Source of the DNA: an uncultured Verrucomicrobiae bacterium
GTDB lineage: Bacteria; Verrucomicrobiota; Verrucomicrobiia; Chthoniobacterales; Chthoniobacteraceae
Length of the DNA: 64,000 nucleotides
NCBI GenBank assembly: GCA_963836755.1
Contig: CAWIKF010000002.1
Location: forward strand, 1,696,001-1,760,000
Direction of reading: 5' to 3'
Shown: positions 44,787-54,946 of the stretch, in pieces
Layout: every line of letters starts with the position of its first letter
Numbering within the stretch: position 1 is the stretch's first letter
Notes under the pieces: generated by a model
The model's input: only the letters and a program-made list of their open reading frames with translations
The model's database searches: none
Told to the model about the DNA's origin: nothing
Position numbers and translations under genes: made by a program

Positions 44787-46106
44787 TCATTGGAACTCTG
44801 CTTTGATCCAGGTGAGCGCTTCGTCGCGCGATGTGAGCGCGCCCTCGAGTTGCCGCGTTTGCACAGCCTCGAGGATCTCGCCCATTTTCGGGCCCGGTTT
44901 CCAGCCGAGCGCGATGAGGTCGTGGCCGGTGACGAGCGGCGGCGGGATCAATTGCTCGTTTGCAAACTCTTCGCGCTTGTTTAAAAGAAAATCGTAGTTG
45001 CTGATGTCGCCGTGGCTGCTCGCGCAATCGACGCGATGGAGTTCCATTTCTTCGCCGAAGTGCGGACGCGACATGAACCGTTTTAATTTCGCGACGCGCA
45101 TTTTTTGCACGTCTTTGAAAACCATGTGCTGATCGACCGCCTCCACCACCGCATCGATTTCGTCGCGTGAAAAACGGAGGCGCTCCATCAGCTCGCGCGT
45201 CATCTGCGCACCGACTTTGTCGTGACCGCTGAAGCGAATTCGCTGGTCGCGCTCGTCCCAGGAAAAAGTTTTCGGCTTGCCGATATCGTGAAACAAAACG
45301 GCAAAGACGAGGTGCAGGGGAACATGCTCTGGCAGCATCTCGAGCATACGGCGGGTGTGCGTGAAGACATCGCCTTCGGGGTGAAATTGCGGCGGCTGCT
45401 CGCATCCTTTGAGCGCGGCGATCTCCGGCAAAATTTCCTGCATGAGCCCGCTCTCGTGAAGCAAATCAAAACCACGCACACGCGCGGGCGAAAGAAAAAT
45501 TCGCACGAGTTCCTCGCGAATTCGCTCGGCGCTAACGACGGAAATTTGACGCGCATTTTCGCGCAAAGCATTCCACGTTTCCGTTTCCATTTCGTAGCCG
45601 AGCGTCGCCGCGAAACGGACGGCGCGCAGCATCCGGAGCCGATCTTCGCAAAATCGATCAGCAGGATTCCCGATCGCGCGCAAAATTTTCGCGTCCAGAT
45701 CCGCACGGCCGTTGACGAAATCGATGACCTCGTTTTTCAGCGGATCAAAGAACATTCCGTTGACGGTAAAGTCGCGGCGTTTGGCATCCTGCTGCGGCGA
45801 GGAATATGTGACGGCGGTTGGATGACGCCCGTCAATGTATGCGCCGTCGGAGCGAAACGTGGCGACCTGAAATTCCGCGCCGCGCTCGATCACGCAGATG
45901 ACGCCGAACTGCGCGCCGACCGCAACGGTGCGGGAAAAATGCGCGCGCACTTCGTCGGGCTGCGCGCTGGTGGCGATGTCAAAATCTGCCGGCGCGACGC
46001 CTCGCAATGCGTCACGCACGCAACCGCCGGCGTAAAGCGCGATGAACCCAGCGCCTTGCAGCTTCGCGACGATGTCGCGTGCGATGGGCTCGAGCGGGAC
46101 TGACAT
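44787..46106 (-). CDS. cca: CCA tRNA nucleotidyltransferase with HD domain
   Basis: GGCVRD, DFDIAT, RRDFTVN, EDRLRMLRA.RF, HPEGDV..H and HDIGKP motifs. Confidence 0.93.
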   Translation of the reverse strand: MSVPLEPIARDIVAKLQGAGFIALYAGGCVRDALRGVAPADFDIATSAQPDEVRAHFSRTVAVGAQFGVICVIERGAEFQVATFRSDGAYIDGRHPTAVTYSSPQQDAKRRDFTVNGMFFDPLKNEVIDFVNGRADLDAKILRAIGNPADRFCEDRLRMLRAVRFAATLGYEMETETWNALRENARQISVVSAERIREELVRIFLSPARVRGFDLLHESGLMQEILPEIAALKGCEQPPQFHPEGDVFTHTRRMLEMLPEHVPLHLVFAVLFHDIGKPKTFSWDERDQRIRFSGHDKVGAQMTRELMERLRFSRDEIDAVVEAVDQHMVFKDVQKMRVAKLKRFMSRPHFGEEMELHRVDCASSHGDISNYDFLLNKREEFANEQLIPPPLVTGHDLIALGWKPGPKMGEILEAVQTRQLEGALTSRDEALTWIKAEFQ

Positions 46107-46143
46107 TCAGGACTTTTGCGCCATCACGAAACGCATTCCACAA

Positions 46144-46190
46144 CAAAAGAAACTGCCGCTGACCTTCGCGAATAGGAAGATCAGCGGCAG
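46144..46190 (-). terminator. Rho-independent terminator after the two small membrane protein genes
   Basis: CTGCCGCTGA...TCAGCGGCAG inverted repeat (46153-46190), followed on the minus strand by TTTCTTTTGTTG. Confidence 0.75.
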
Positions 46191-46210
46191 CGACGGTTGG
46201 TTGTTAAACT

Positions 46211-46597
46211 TTACGGAGAAACTGCCGGAGAAGCCGCGGCTGCAGCGCCGGGCGCGGGAGCTTGCTGCTGGATTTTATATTTGTCCACGATGGCTTTTGC
46301 ATCGGCATCGCCGGAATGAGCGAGCGCGAGAAGATCGGTGACGAGCGCTTGAAGTTTGCCTTGCACCGCGCGGGATTGCGCGAGGAGTTGCTCGTTTTGC
46401 GGTGCACTTTGCGTGAAGGCGTTTTCCATTCGCTCGCGGTTTTGTTTCACGTTGGAGCGCTGCTCGATGATGTTTGTGAGCTGCCAGATCAGCACGATGG
46501 CAAAGCTGATGGAAAGGATCGCAAGCGGCCAGAAGGCGCTGTTGACGGCGACGGCGACGTATTCGGCGCTGGGGGTGGAATCGTATTCTTCGTTCAT
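46211..46597 (-). CDS. Hypothetical single-TM coiled-coil protein
   Basis: 128 aa: TM, Gln-rich helix, Ala/Pro tail. Confidence 0.75.
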   Translation of the reverse strand: MNEEYDSTPSAEYVAVAVNSAFWPLAILSISFAIVLIWQLTNIIEQRSNVKQNRERMENAFTQSAPQNEQLLAQSRAVQGKLQALVTDLLALAHSGDADAKAIVDKYKIQQQAPAPGAAAAASPAVSP

Positions 46598-46926
46598 GGG
46601 TTGGCTGGGGAAGCTGAAGACGAGGTGGATGGGCTCGGCGCGGCCTGGACGTTGTAACCGTTTTTGGTGAGCACGTCTTTGATCTTTGAATTTTTGGTGG
46701 AAGCTGCGGCCATGTCTTGCAAAATGGCGCCGCCGACGCGGTCGCTGAGAGAGCCTTTTTGCACTTCGGCCTGTTGCTTCTGGAGATCGATTTGGATTTC
46801 ACTCTGCCGTTTTTGAAAATCGAGCAGGGTCTGTTGGCTGGATTGTCCCAGCACCACGGCGCAGATGCTTAGGATCAAGCAAAGCGCGGTGAGTGCGGTG
46901 ACAATGTAGTATTGGGTGGACTTCAT
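46594..46926 (-). CDS. Hypothetical single-TM coiled-coil protein (likely paralog of the downstream gene)
   Basis: 110 aa with the same layout; ATGA-coupled to the next gene. Confidence 0.75.
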   Translation of the reverse strand: MKSTQYYIVTALTALCLILSICAVVLGQSSQQTLLDFQKRQSEIQIDLQKQQAEVQKGSLSDRVGGAILQDMAAASTKNSKIKDVLTKNGYNVQAAPSPSTSSSASPANP

Positions 46927-46960
46927 TCAGCGGACATTTGCGGAGAGGCGCGAACGTCCG

Positions 46961-48133
46961 TCAAGCTTGAATCAGCGTCGCCGCTTCCGCGCGCGATTGC
47001 GGCGCGGCGCATGACTGCCGCTCGACGAGTCGGACGGGCAGCACGATTTTTTTTGCGTGCAGCAAGCCTTCTTCCTTCGCCAGAACGCGTCGCTCGATTT
47101 CGGCCACTGCCGCGGCGCCGATTTCCTCCGCAGGCACGTGGATCGTCGTCAGCGGCGGAAAAACGTAGTTTGCAAATGCATCATCGGAGCAGCCGAGGAC
47201 GCTGATTTCCTCCGGCACTTTGAGCCCTCTGCTTTGCAAAAGCGCGAGCGCGCCGGTGGCCGCGTTGTCATTGAGGCAAAGGATTGCGGTCGGAACCGGC
47301 GTCCGTTTCAGCAGAACTTCCGCGGCGCGAAATCCATTCTGAAAAGTGAGATCTCCGTAGATGATGTTTTGCGCCTCGATCGGGATCTGCGCCGCATCAT
47401 ATGCGGTGCGGACACCGCGGTTGAGCTCGATGATTTCCTGATCGATCGAGCCAAATGGCCCGGACAAAATCGCGATGTGCTCGTGCCCGAGTTTGAACAA
47501 ATATTCCACCGCGAGCCGCGAGGCCTCAGCGCTGTCCGGCAAGATGCTGCTCACGCCGTCGAGCACGACATCGTGCCCGACCGAAATCACCGGAAAACCG
47601 CGCCGGAGAATGGTGTGGAAAAGTGAAAGATTCGGTTTGCCGAGGCAGATAAACTTTGACGCCGTGCCAGCGCGCACCGGCAAAGGCGCTTTGTCGGGAA
47701 GCTCCATGTAATCAGCCTTCGCATCGAATCGCGCGACGACGACCGCGTGCGAAGGATCCTCCGTCGCCGCCATCACGCCATTGAGCAGACGCGCAAAAAC
47801 AGGGTCGTTCAGACCGTCGCCGATTTCGTTCGAAGCGAGCACGACCGTCTCGCCCCGCTCGGGATACATGCGCACGACCGCGCGCAAATCATTCGGGATG
47901 TATCCGAGTTCGCGGCAGGCTTTGAAGACGCGGTCGCGTGTCTTTTCACTCACACGAATGCCGTAATCGCGATCATTCAACAGCGACGAAATCGCTCCTT
48001 GCGAAACGCCCGCCAGCTTCGCGATGTCCGCCATCGTGATCGTCTTGTGATAATCGTGCCGCGCCGGATTTTTTTCTAGTTCCGCATCGCCCTGCGGCAT
48101 CCCTGAAAAGCCGCCACCGTTATTCGGATTCAT
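46961..48133 (-). CDS. LacI family transcriptional regulator
   Basis: TMADIAKLAGVSQGAISSLLN HTH, LGY.PN, VPEEISVLG and PPLTTI motifs. Confidence 0.93.
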   Translation of the reverse strand: MNPNNGGGFSGMPQGDAELEKNPARHDYHKTITMADIAKLAGVSQGAISSLLNDRDYGIRVSEKTRDRVFKACRELGYIPNDLRAVVRMYPERGETVVLASNEIGDGLNDPVFARLLNGVMAATEDPSHAVVVARFDAKADYMELPDKAPLPVRAGTASKFICLGKPNLSLFHTILRRGFPVISVGHDVVLDGVSSILPDSAEASRLAVEYLFKLGHEHIAILSGPFGSIDQEIIELNRGVRTAYDAAQIPIEAQNIIYGDLTFQNGFRAAEVLLKRTPVPTAILCLNDNAATGALALLQSRGLKVPEEISVLGCSDDAFANYVFPPLTTIHVPAEEIGAAAVAEIERRVLAKEEGLLHAKKIVLPVRLVERQSCAAPQSRAEAATLIQA

Positions 48134-48272
48134 TCGAGGGATTAACTACTGGATGAAAAAGATTGCGCAAGCGAAAAGCCCGCGTCTCGCAGGGGATTGC
48201 CAGCAGCGTGCGGCTCGTCCATTTTGGGGGCATGACGCGCTGCCGCCATTCCACGTTTCTTGCGGTGCAAAG

Positions 48273-49154
48273 ATGAAAGGCGAGCTGCTCGGCGCACACA
48301 TGTCCACGGCCGGCGGCTTTGACAAAGCCATTGACCGCGCCCTCTCCATCGGCTGCACCGCTACGCAATTTTTCGTCAAAAATAACATGCAGTGGTTTGC
48401 CGCCCCGCTCGCCGAAAAAGATTCCGGCGCATTCCGCGATCATCCGCGTCGCGCCGAGCTTGCGGCCGTTTTCGGCCACGCCGGCTACATGATCAATCTC
48501 GCGGCGACCAATCCCGACTTTCACGCAAAATCTCTTCGCGCGCTCCGCGAGGAACTCGTCCGCGCCGATCAGCTCGGGCTGCCATTCCTCGTGATGCATC
48601 CCGGCGCGCACATGGGCGCGGGCGTCGATGCCGGCCTCGAAAAAGTCGTCGCGAGCATCGACGAAGTTTATCGCGCGCTGCCGAAAAACCGCACCCGCAT
48701 CGCGCTTGAAATCACGGCGGGGCAGGGGACCTCGCTCGGTCACACGTTTGAGCATCTCGCATTCATCATCGCCCACGCGAGCGAGCCGGAGCGCCTCTGC
48801 GTCTGCCTCGACACCGCGCATCTTTTTGCCGCCGGCTACGATATTTCCACCGCCATAGGCATGGAGAAAACTTTCGCGCAATTCGACAAAATCATCGGCC
48901 GCGAACGCCTCGCCGCCTTTCACCTCAATGATTCAAAGACCGCGCTCAACTCGCGCGTCGACCGGCACGATCAAATCGGCGCCGGCAAAATTGGGCTCGA
49001 GCCATTTCGCTTCATCATGAATCAGCCGCGGTTTCGCAAAATCCCGAAAGTGCTCGAGACGCCGAAGGGGAAAGAAATGCGGGAGGACGTGGAAAATCTC
49101 GCGACGCTGCGCGGCCTCGTCACAGCGGCTCGATCGAGTCCAGCCCGGTCGTAA
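48273..49154 (+). CDS. nfo: Endonuclease IV
   Basis: GAHMS.AGG, HAGYMINLA, HPG, EITAGQG, CLDTAH, HLNDSK, DRH and LETP motifs. Confidence 0.96.
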   Translation: MKGELLGAHMSTAGGFDKAIDRALSIGCTATQFFVKNNMQWFAAPLAEKDSGAFRDHPRRAELAAVFGHAGYMINLAATNPDFHAKSLRALREELVRADQLGLPFLVMHPGAHMGAGVDAGLEKVVASIDEVYRALPKNRTRIALEITAGQGTSLGHTFEHLAFIIAHASEPERLCVCLDTAHLFAAGYDISTAIGMEKTFAQFDKIIGRERLAAFHLNDSKTALNSRVDRHDQIGAGKIGLEPFRFIMNQPRFRKIPKVLETPKGKEMREDVENLATLRGLVTAARSSPARS

Positions 49155-50424
49155 TCGTCCACGCATCCGCGAGCGGCAACCGCTTTTGCTCGTGGCCATA
49201 ACCCCACGAATCGGAGTAAATAATTTCGTCCGTCTTCGCATTGTAGCCGATGATCAGGCGCATGTGCCCGCCCTTCGCCTGCGGCGCTTTTTCCTCCGGC
49301 ACGATGCCAAGCTGGACCGACCAGAGCAGCGGCAATCCTTCATCGATGTGCGCCTGCACTTCGCGTAAAAAGCGGTCCGATTCTGATTTATTCCGGGTGC
49401 GCACCTCGCGCAAAATATCCGGCTCCATTTGCGCGTAGATCGCCGGCACATCGAGCATGTGGCTCGACGTGTCGATTTCCGTCGCGCGTTTCCCGCGCTT
49501 CGCCGCGCGGTTGTATTCCGCGATGAGCGCGAGGAAATGCCTCACGTCAAAAGTCTCGATCGTGCGGATTTTTACCCGCAGCCGATTGCTCAATTTTTTC
49601 AGCGCATCGAACATCGCCTCATTGCTGGTGCCGCCGTGCGCGCTGGAGTTCGCGATCTCCGCCAGCTCATGTTCGTCCACCTGCGCGCCGTAATAACGCA
49701 TCACGCGCTCCGCGCTCGCGACCACGCAATATCCTTTTTGTCCTTGGTCCACCATCGGCACGCCGGTGAGCACGACATCGCCCGAAGCATCGCGCTTGAT
49801 GTGCTCCATCCCGTTGAACTTTTGCGGCTTGCTCGTCGCTAGGGCTGATGCCAGCAGGCTTTGCGCCCTTTCTGCCGGCGAAATCTCGAGCCGCATAAAC
49901 TCCGCGCGATACGGAATATTCCGCGTCTTCACTTCGCGCGTGAAGGAATATTCGAGCAAAAATTTCGACGCGCTGCTTTGCCAGATTACGCCGTCGGCCC
50001 TCACCGCGTTGGTCGCGTCTTTGCCCCGCACCGTCGGCTGCGCACCGCTGGCAGCCGTCAACTTTTCCACACAACTTTTCAGCAGCGCCTCAAATTTTTC
50101 GCGCGGCATTTCGCCCGCGTCGCCGCGATTGAAAAGCGAAACGGTAATTTCCTGTAGCTTCCCTTTTTCAAAATGCGCGAGCGTTTGATACACCGGATTT
50201 CCGAAAAGCGTCAGCCCAGCCCGCGTCGTCTGCGCCGTGTCATTGGCCACCGAAACCCATTGAAAACCGAGGTCGCGTGTCTGCTCCGCAAAATCCGACG
50301 GCGTCATTTGCCAAAGGTCCGCGCGACTGATCAACGGGTCGAGCGGATCCGCCTGCGCGACGCGCGCGAGCAAGAAAACGGCGAGCGCCGCTACGCAACG
50401 GACGGCTGCTGTTGTGTTAAACAA
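49120..50424 (-). CDS. Secreted protein with C-terminal C39-like cysteine peptidase domain
   Basis: VPMVDQGQKGYC, GHMRLIIGY and DSWG (Q-C-H-D). Signal-like N-terminus; start uncertain. Confidence 0.75.
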   Translation of the reverse strand: MFNTTAAVRCVAALAVFLLARVAQADPLDPLISRADLWQMTPSDFAEQTRDLGFQWVSVANDTAQTTRAGLTLFGNPVYQTLAHFEKGKLQEITVSLFNRGDAGEMPREKFEALLKSCVEKLTAASGAQPTVRGKDATNAVRADGVIWQSSASKFLLEYSFTREVKTRNIPYRAEFMRLEISPAERAQSLLASALATSKPQKFNGMEHIKRDASGDVVLTGVPMVDQGQKGYCVVASAERVMRYYGAQVDEHELAEIANSSAHGGTSNEAMFDALKKLSNRLRVKIRTIETFDVRHFLALIAEYNRAAKRGKRATEIDTSSHMLDVPAIYAQMEPDILREVRTRNKSESDRFLREVQAHIDEGLPLLWSVQLGIVPEEKAPQAKGGHMRLIIGYNAKTDEIIYSDSWGYGHEQKRLPLADAWTITTGLDSIEPL

Positions 50425-51455
50425 TGGAAAGCGCCAAGTCCCCAGATCAATTCGCGGCAGTCGATGGAAATGACGCGCCGTTTCGGGAAAGCGGTTTGCA
50501 GAACGGAAGCGGCGCATGCGTCGGACGTATCGCCGAAAACGGGCAGCAGAACAACTTTGTTTCCGATGTAAAAATTCGCGTAGCTCGCCGGCAGCCGCTG
50601 TCCGTCGCGCACGATCTTTTCAGGCATTGGCAGCGTGAGCACTTCCAGCGGCGCGCCATCGGCCGTGGTCATTTCGCGCAGCCGCGCGAGGTTTTCGCGC
50701 AATGGCTCGTAGTTCGCATCGTCCGAGTTTTCTTCGACTGCCGTCACAACTTTGTTCGGCGCGACGAAGCGCGTGAGATCGTCGATGTGACCATCGGTGT
50801 CATCACCCTCGATGCCGTCGCCGAGCCAAAGGATCTTTTGCACGCCGAGAAAATCGCAGAGCATCTTTTTGATCTCTTCCTGCGTCAAAGTTGGGTTGCG
50901 ATTGGGATTCAACAGACATGAACGCGTCGTTAACAAAGTGCCGCAGCCGTTGACCTCGATCGAACCACCTTCCAAAATCATCTCCGACCGGAAAAGCGGC
51001 AGCCCAAGCCGCTTCGCGATCTCCGTCGGCACTTTGTCGTCGTCATTGAATGGCGGATATTTGCCGCCCCACGCATTGTAACCCCAGTCGATGATGGCCA
51101 CTCGCGGCCCGGCTTCGCGCGTCAAAAAAATCGGCCCGTGATCGCGGCACCATGGCTCATTCGTCGCGATGTGAAAAAATTCCACGTGCGCGATGCGTGC
51201 GGAGTTTTTTTCCAACTGCGCGCGCACCAATGCTTCTTCATCTGCGTCGCGAACATTGATGCAAACGCGCTCCGAATCGGCGAGCGCATCGACCATCTTC
51301 GCGAGCACCGGCGTCACGGCATCATAGGAATCCGGAAAAGAAATTCCGGAGCGGCGCGGCCAGGAAAGCCATGTCGCAGCGTGCGGCTCCCATTCGGCAG
51401 GCATGCGATAGCCAAGCTCCGCGGGCGTTGGCATCGTTCTTTCCGCGTCCGGCAT
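50391..51455 (-). CDS. aguA: Agmatine deiminase
   Basis: MPAEWEPH, WCRDHGP, EGGSIE, DDTDGHID, SYANFY and GAFHCLTQQQP motifs. Confidence 0.96.
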   Translation of the reverse strand: MPDAERTMPTPAELGYRMPAEWEPHAATWLSWPRRSGISFPDSYDAVTPVLAKMVDALADSERVCINVRDADEEALVRAQLEKNSARIAHVEFFHIATNEPWCRDHGPIFLTREAGPRVAIIDWGYNAWGGKYPPFNDDDKVPTEIAKRLGLPLFRSEMILEGGSIEVNGCGTLLTTRSCLLNPNRNPTLTQEEIKKMLCDFLGVQKILWLGDGIEGDDTDGHIDDLTRFVAPNKVVTAVEENSDDANYEPLRENLARLREMTTADGAPLEVLTLPMPEKIVRDGQRLPASYANFYIGNKVVLLPVFGDTSDACAASVLQTAFPKRRVISIDCRELIWGLGAFHCLTQQQPSVA

Positions 51456-51461
51456 TTGCTC

Positions 51462-52349
51462 TTAATCGATGAAACGCTTGCCGAGATCTGCGTAGGCATC
51501 GATGCGCCTGTCGCGGAAAAATGGCCAATGCGTGCGCTGCATGTCGAGCTGCGCGAGATCGATTTCGGCGAGCACGATTTCCTCGGTCGCGACGCCCGCT
51601 TTTGCCAGCACCTCTCCGCTCGGCGCAACAATGAAACTTTGACCCCAGAACTCGATGCCCGGGCCGCCATTCGGAGCTTCGTGGCCAATGCGATTCGGCA
51701 CGGCGACGTAACAGCCGTTCGCGATCGCGTGACTGCGCTGGATCGTTTCCCACGCGTCGTGCTGCTGACGGCCGAATTGCTCCTTCTCGCCCGGATGCCA
51801 GCCGATCGCCGTCGGGTAAAATAAAATCTCCGCGCCGTTCAGCGCCGTGAGCCGCGCGGCCTCGGGATACCATTGATCCCAGCAAACACAGACGCCGATG
51901 CGCGCGTGCTTCGTCTCCCACGCGCGAAAGCCGAGATCGCCGGGCGTAAAGTAAAACTTTTCGTAGTAAAGCGGGTCGTCAGGAATGTGCATCTTGCGAT
52001 ATTTCCCTAGGAATTCGCCGCCGGCGTCGATGATCGCCGCGGTGTTGTGATAAAGGCCGGCACCGCGTTTTTCAAAAAGCGACGCGACGATGACGATGTT
52101 TAACTCGCGTGCAACTTCCGTCAGCACCTGCGTGGACGGGCCGGGGATTTCCTCCGCGAGCTGGAAATAATCGTGATCCTCGACCTGACAGAAATATTGC
52201 GAGCGAAAAAGTTCCGGCAGACAGACAATCTGCGCGCCGCGCGCGGCGGCGTCGCGAACATGCGCGATCGCGCGCGCGAGATTTTCCGCGGGCTCGGCGG
52301 TGCAATGCATTTGCACGAGACCCAGCGTAATTTTTTGGCTGCTGCGCAT
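51462..52349 (-). CDS. aguB: N-carbamoylputrescine amidase (carbon-nitrogen hydrolase)
   Basis: LPELF, YRKMHIPDDP.YYEKFYF and CWDQWYPE.AR motifs; adjacent to aguA. Confidence 0.92.
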   Translation of the reverse strand: MRSSQKITLGLVQMHCTAEPAENLARAIAHVRDAAARGAQIVCLPELFRSQYFCQVEDHDYFQLAEEIPGPSTQVLTEVARELNIVIVASLFEKRGAGLYHNTAAIIDAGGEFLGKYRKMHIPDDPLYYEKFYFTPGDLGFRAWETKHARIGVCVCWDQWYPEAARLTALNGAEILFYPTAIGWHPGEKEQFGRQQHDAWETIQRSHAIANGCYVAVPNRIGHEAPNGGPGIEFWGQSFIVAPSGEVLAKAGVATEEIVLAEIDLAQLDMQRTHWPFFRDRRIDAYADLGKRFID

Positions 52350-52436
52350 GACGTGAAAATTCTACGCGCCGCGCGTGACGAACAGCAAAAAACTTTTTGT
52401 AAAAGCTGCGCCGAAAATTTTGGAATTTCGTCCGCT

Positions 52437-53030
52437 TTATTTCAGCGAATCGGCAGGAACGATCTTGATGCTTTCGACTCCGATGCGCTTGGTCGGCTTA
52501 CTTTTTTCGCCGCCGCTGCCATCCGTCGTCGGCGTGTCGCCGATTTTTCCGAGCACGTCGTCGCCTTTGATCACTTTGCCGAACGCGGTGTATTTGCGAT
52601 CGAGAAAACTCGCGTCGCCGAGGCAGATGAAAAACTGGCTGCCGGCTGAGTCGGGATCGTTGCTGCGCGCCATCGATAGAACGCCGCGCTGGTGCGATTT
52701 GTCGTTGAATTCCGCCTTGATTTTGTAGCCCGGATCGCCGGTGCCCCAGCGCGATTCCTTGCTCGGATCCTTCGTCAGCGGGTCGCCGCCCTGGATCATG
52801 AAACCTTTCACGATGCGATGAAACGCCGTGGCGTCGTAGAAGCCTTCGCGCGCGAGTTTCTTAAAATTTTCCACAGTCTTCGGCGCGACGTCCGGCCAGA
52901 ATTCGACGACCATTTCGCCCTCGGTGGTTTTGATGACAGCTACTTCGTTTGACATAGGTTTTTGATCCTGACTTTGCACCGTCATCAACAGCACGGACAA
53001 CAGCGTCACGCAGGACAACAGTAATTTCAT
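52437..53030 (-). CDS. Cyclophilin-type peptidyl-prolyl isomerase
   Basis: APKTVENF, FHRIVKGFMIQGGDP and LSMAR...PDSAGSQFFI motifs. Confidence 0.96.
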   Translation of the reverse strand: MKLLLSCVTLLSVLLMTVQSQDQKPMSNEVAVIKTTEGEMVVEFWPDVAPKTVENFKKLAREGFYDATAFHRIVKGFMIQGGDPLTKDPSKESRWGTGDPGYKIKAEFNDKSHQRGVLSMARSNDPDSAGSQFFICLGDASFLDRKYTAFGKVIKGDDVLGKIGDTPTTDGSGGEKSKPTKRIGVESIKIVPADSLK

Positions 53031-53122
53031 AGGCGCGCAAACTTCCATGAAACCGCGCGGCTGTCACGCGCAGTTTTGCTGCTCGCGCAAAAGTCCGCGG
53101 CGGCGCATGCTTGCGGCTCCGC

Positions 53123-53647
53123 ATGAAAAACAAACACCGATTTTTTTTGATGACCGCCATGAGCCTGCTCGCATTTTTTGGATTCACTTCCGGCCACGCA
53201 GTTGAGATCGGCGATCCCGCGCCGGCGATCACCGCGATCGACCAGGATGGGAAGCCGCTCGACTTTTCCGCCATATATAAAAGCGGCATCACACTGGTTT
53301 ATTTTTACCCAAAGGCGGACACGCCCGGATGCACGGCCGAGGCGTGCAGCCTGCGCGACAATTATGACGATCTCCGCGCGAAAGGCCTGCAGATCATCGG
53401 CGTGAGCGAGGACAAAACTGGCGCGCAAAAAAAGTTCCAGGAAAAATACAAACTCCCGTTTCCGCTCGTCGCCGATAGCGATGGCGCGGTCGCCAAAGCC
53501 TTTGGCGTGCCGACGCTGAAAGGCTTCGCGCGCCGCCAGTCGTTTCTGATCAAAGACGGAAAAATTGCATGGCGCGATCTCAGCGCCTCCACGGCGAAGC
53601 AGGCGGACGACGTTCGCGCGGCGATGGAAAAACTTTCCGCGCAATAG
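53123..53647 (+). CDS. Peroxiredoxin, Bcp/PrxQ type, with N-terminal signal
   Basis: YFYPKADTPGCTAEAC motif. Confidence 0.93.
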   Translation: MKNKHRFFLMTAMSLLAFFGFTSGHAVEIGDPAPAITAIDQDGKPLDFSAIYKSGITLVYFYPKADTPGCTAEACSLRDNYDDLRAKGLQIIGVSEDKTGAQKKFQEKYKLPFPLVADSDGAVAKAFGVPTLKGFARRQSFLIKDGKIAWRDLSASTAKQADDVRAAMEKLSAQ

Positions 53648-53761
53648 AAGGGCGCGCCATTTTTCGCAGCTTTGCGAAACAAGGCTGACTAATAACGCTC
53701 GTCGTAAATCCGCGCACGGGGCGCAATTTTCGGCGCGATGCGATTTTGATTGAGACGCGTC

Positions 53762-54946
53762 ATGATCGAGCTGCTTGTTTTTGCCGTCGCGCTTTTCGTT
53801 GCCGTGCTCATTTCCGAGCTGGCCGACCGCAGCGTGCTCTCGACCGCTGTGCTTTTTCTCGTCGCCGGATTTGTCGCGGGGCATGGCCTGCTGAATCTGA
53901 TTCCGCTGAATCCGGAGGACGCGATTGTGCAACAAATCTCGCAGCTCGCGCTCTTCAGCGTGTTATTTACCGATGGCATGCGCGTGAGTTTGCACGACTT
54001 GATCTCGGCGTGGAAATTGCCGGGACGCGCGCTGATTTTCGGACTGCCGCTCACCGCGCTCGGCACTGCGTTGCTCATGCATTATCTCGCGGGGCTCGCG
54101 TGGCTGGAGGCGTTGCTCATCGGCGCGATTCTCAGCCCGACGGATCCGGTTTTTGCGGCGGCAATCATCGGGCGCAAAGAAATTCCGTATCGGCTGCGGC
54201 ATCTGCTCAATGTCGAGAGCGGCGTGAATGACGGCCTCGCGCTGCCGCTCGTGATCGTGCTCATCGCGCTGCTGACGGGCCGCGCGCCGGAGCTGCCGCT
54301 GATGGCCGGCGAACTCGCCGCCGGCGTGGCGCTCGGCATTGCATTGCCGTTGGTAGCGTGCCAGATCGAGCAGAGCCGGTATTTTAGAATCGCGAAAACG
54401 CACGAGCCGCTTTTTGCAGTCGCGGTCGGGTTGCTCGTGCTCACGATTGCCTCGCTCACGCATGTGAATCTTTTTCTCGCCGCGTTCTCTGCCGGCATCA
54501 CGCTGGCGACCCTCCGGCCCGCGCTACGGGATGAATTCCGGCACTTCGGCGAGCTCGTCACCGAGTTGCTGAAGCTCGCGGCGCTGCTGCTTTTCGGCGC
54601 GCTGATGTCGCCGAAATTTCTCAGCGAAGTGCCCTTGAGCGGCTACGTCGCGGCGGTGCTTATTTTGTTGCTCGTGCGGCCGGCGGCGATTGAAATTTCA
54701 CTCATCGGCAGTGGCCTCACATGGCAGGAGCGGCTCACCGCCGGCTGGTTCGGGCCGAAAGGTTTTGCGTCGGCGATTTATGGGCTGCTGCTCTTCACTT
54801 TTCACGTGCCAAATGGCGAGCCGCTTTTTCATCTCGTCGCAATTGTCATCGCGGCTTCGATCCTCGCGCATTCGTCTAGCGACGTGCCGCTCGCGCGCTG
54901 GTTTCACCGATGCGAGGAAAAGGACGCCGCAAAAAATCGCGCTTAA
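53762..54946 (+). CDS. Cation:proton antiporter (CPA1/NhaP-like)
   Basis: LSPTDPV, ESGVNDG, LVRP and GWFGPKG motifs. Confidence 0.92.
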   Translation: MIELLVFAVALFVAVLISELADRSVLSTAVLFLVAGFVAGHGLLNLIPLNPEDAIVQQISQLALFSVLFTDGMRVSLHDLISAWKLPGRALIFGLPLTALGTALLMHYLAGLAWLEALLIGAILSPTDPVFAAAIIGRKEIPYRLRHLLNVESGVNDGLALPLVIVLIALLTGRAPELPLMAGELAAGVALGIALPLVACQIEQSRYFRIAKTHEPLFAVAVGLLVLTIASLTHVNLFLAAFSAGITLATLRPALRDEFRHFGELVTELLKLAALLLFGALMSPKFLSEVPLSGYVAAVLILLLVRPAAIEISLIGSGLTWQERLTAGWFGPKGFASAIYGLLLFTFHVPNGEPLFHLVAIVIAASILAHSSSDVPLARWFHRCEEKDAAKNRA

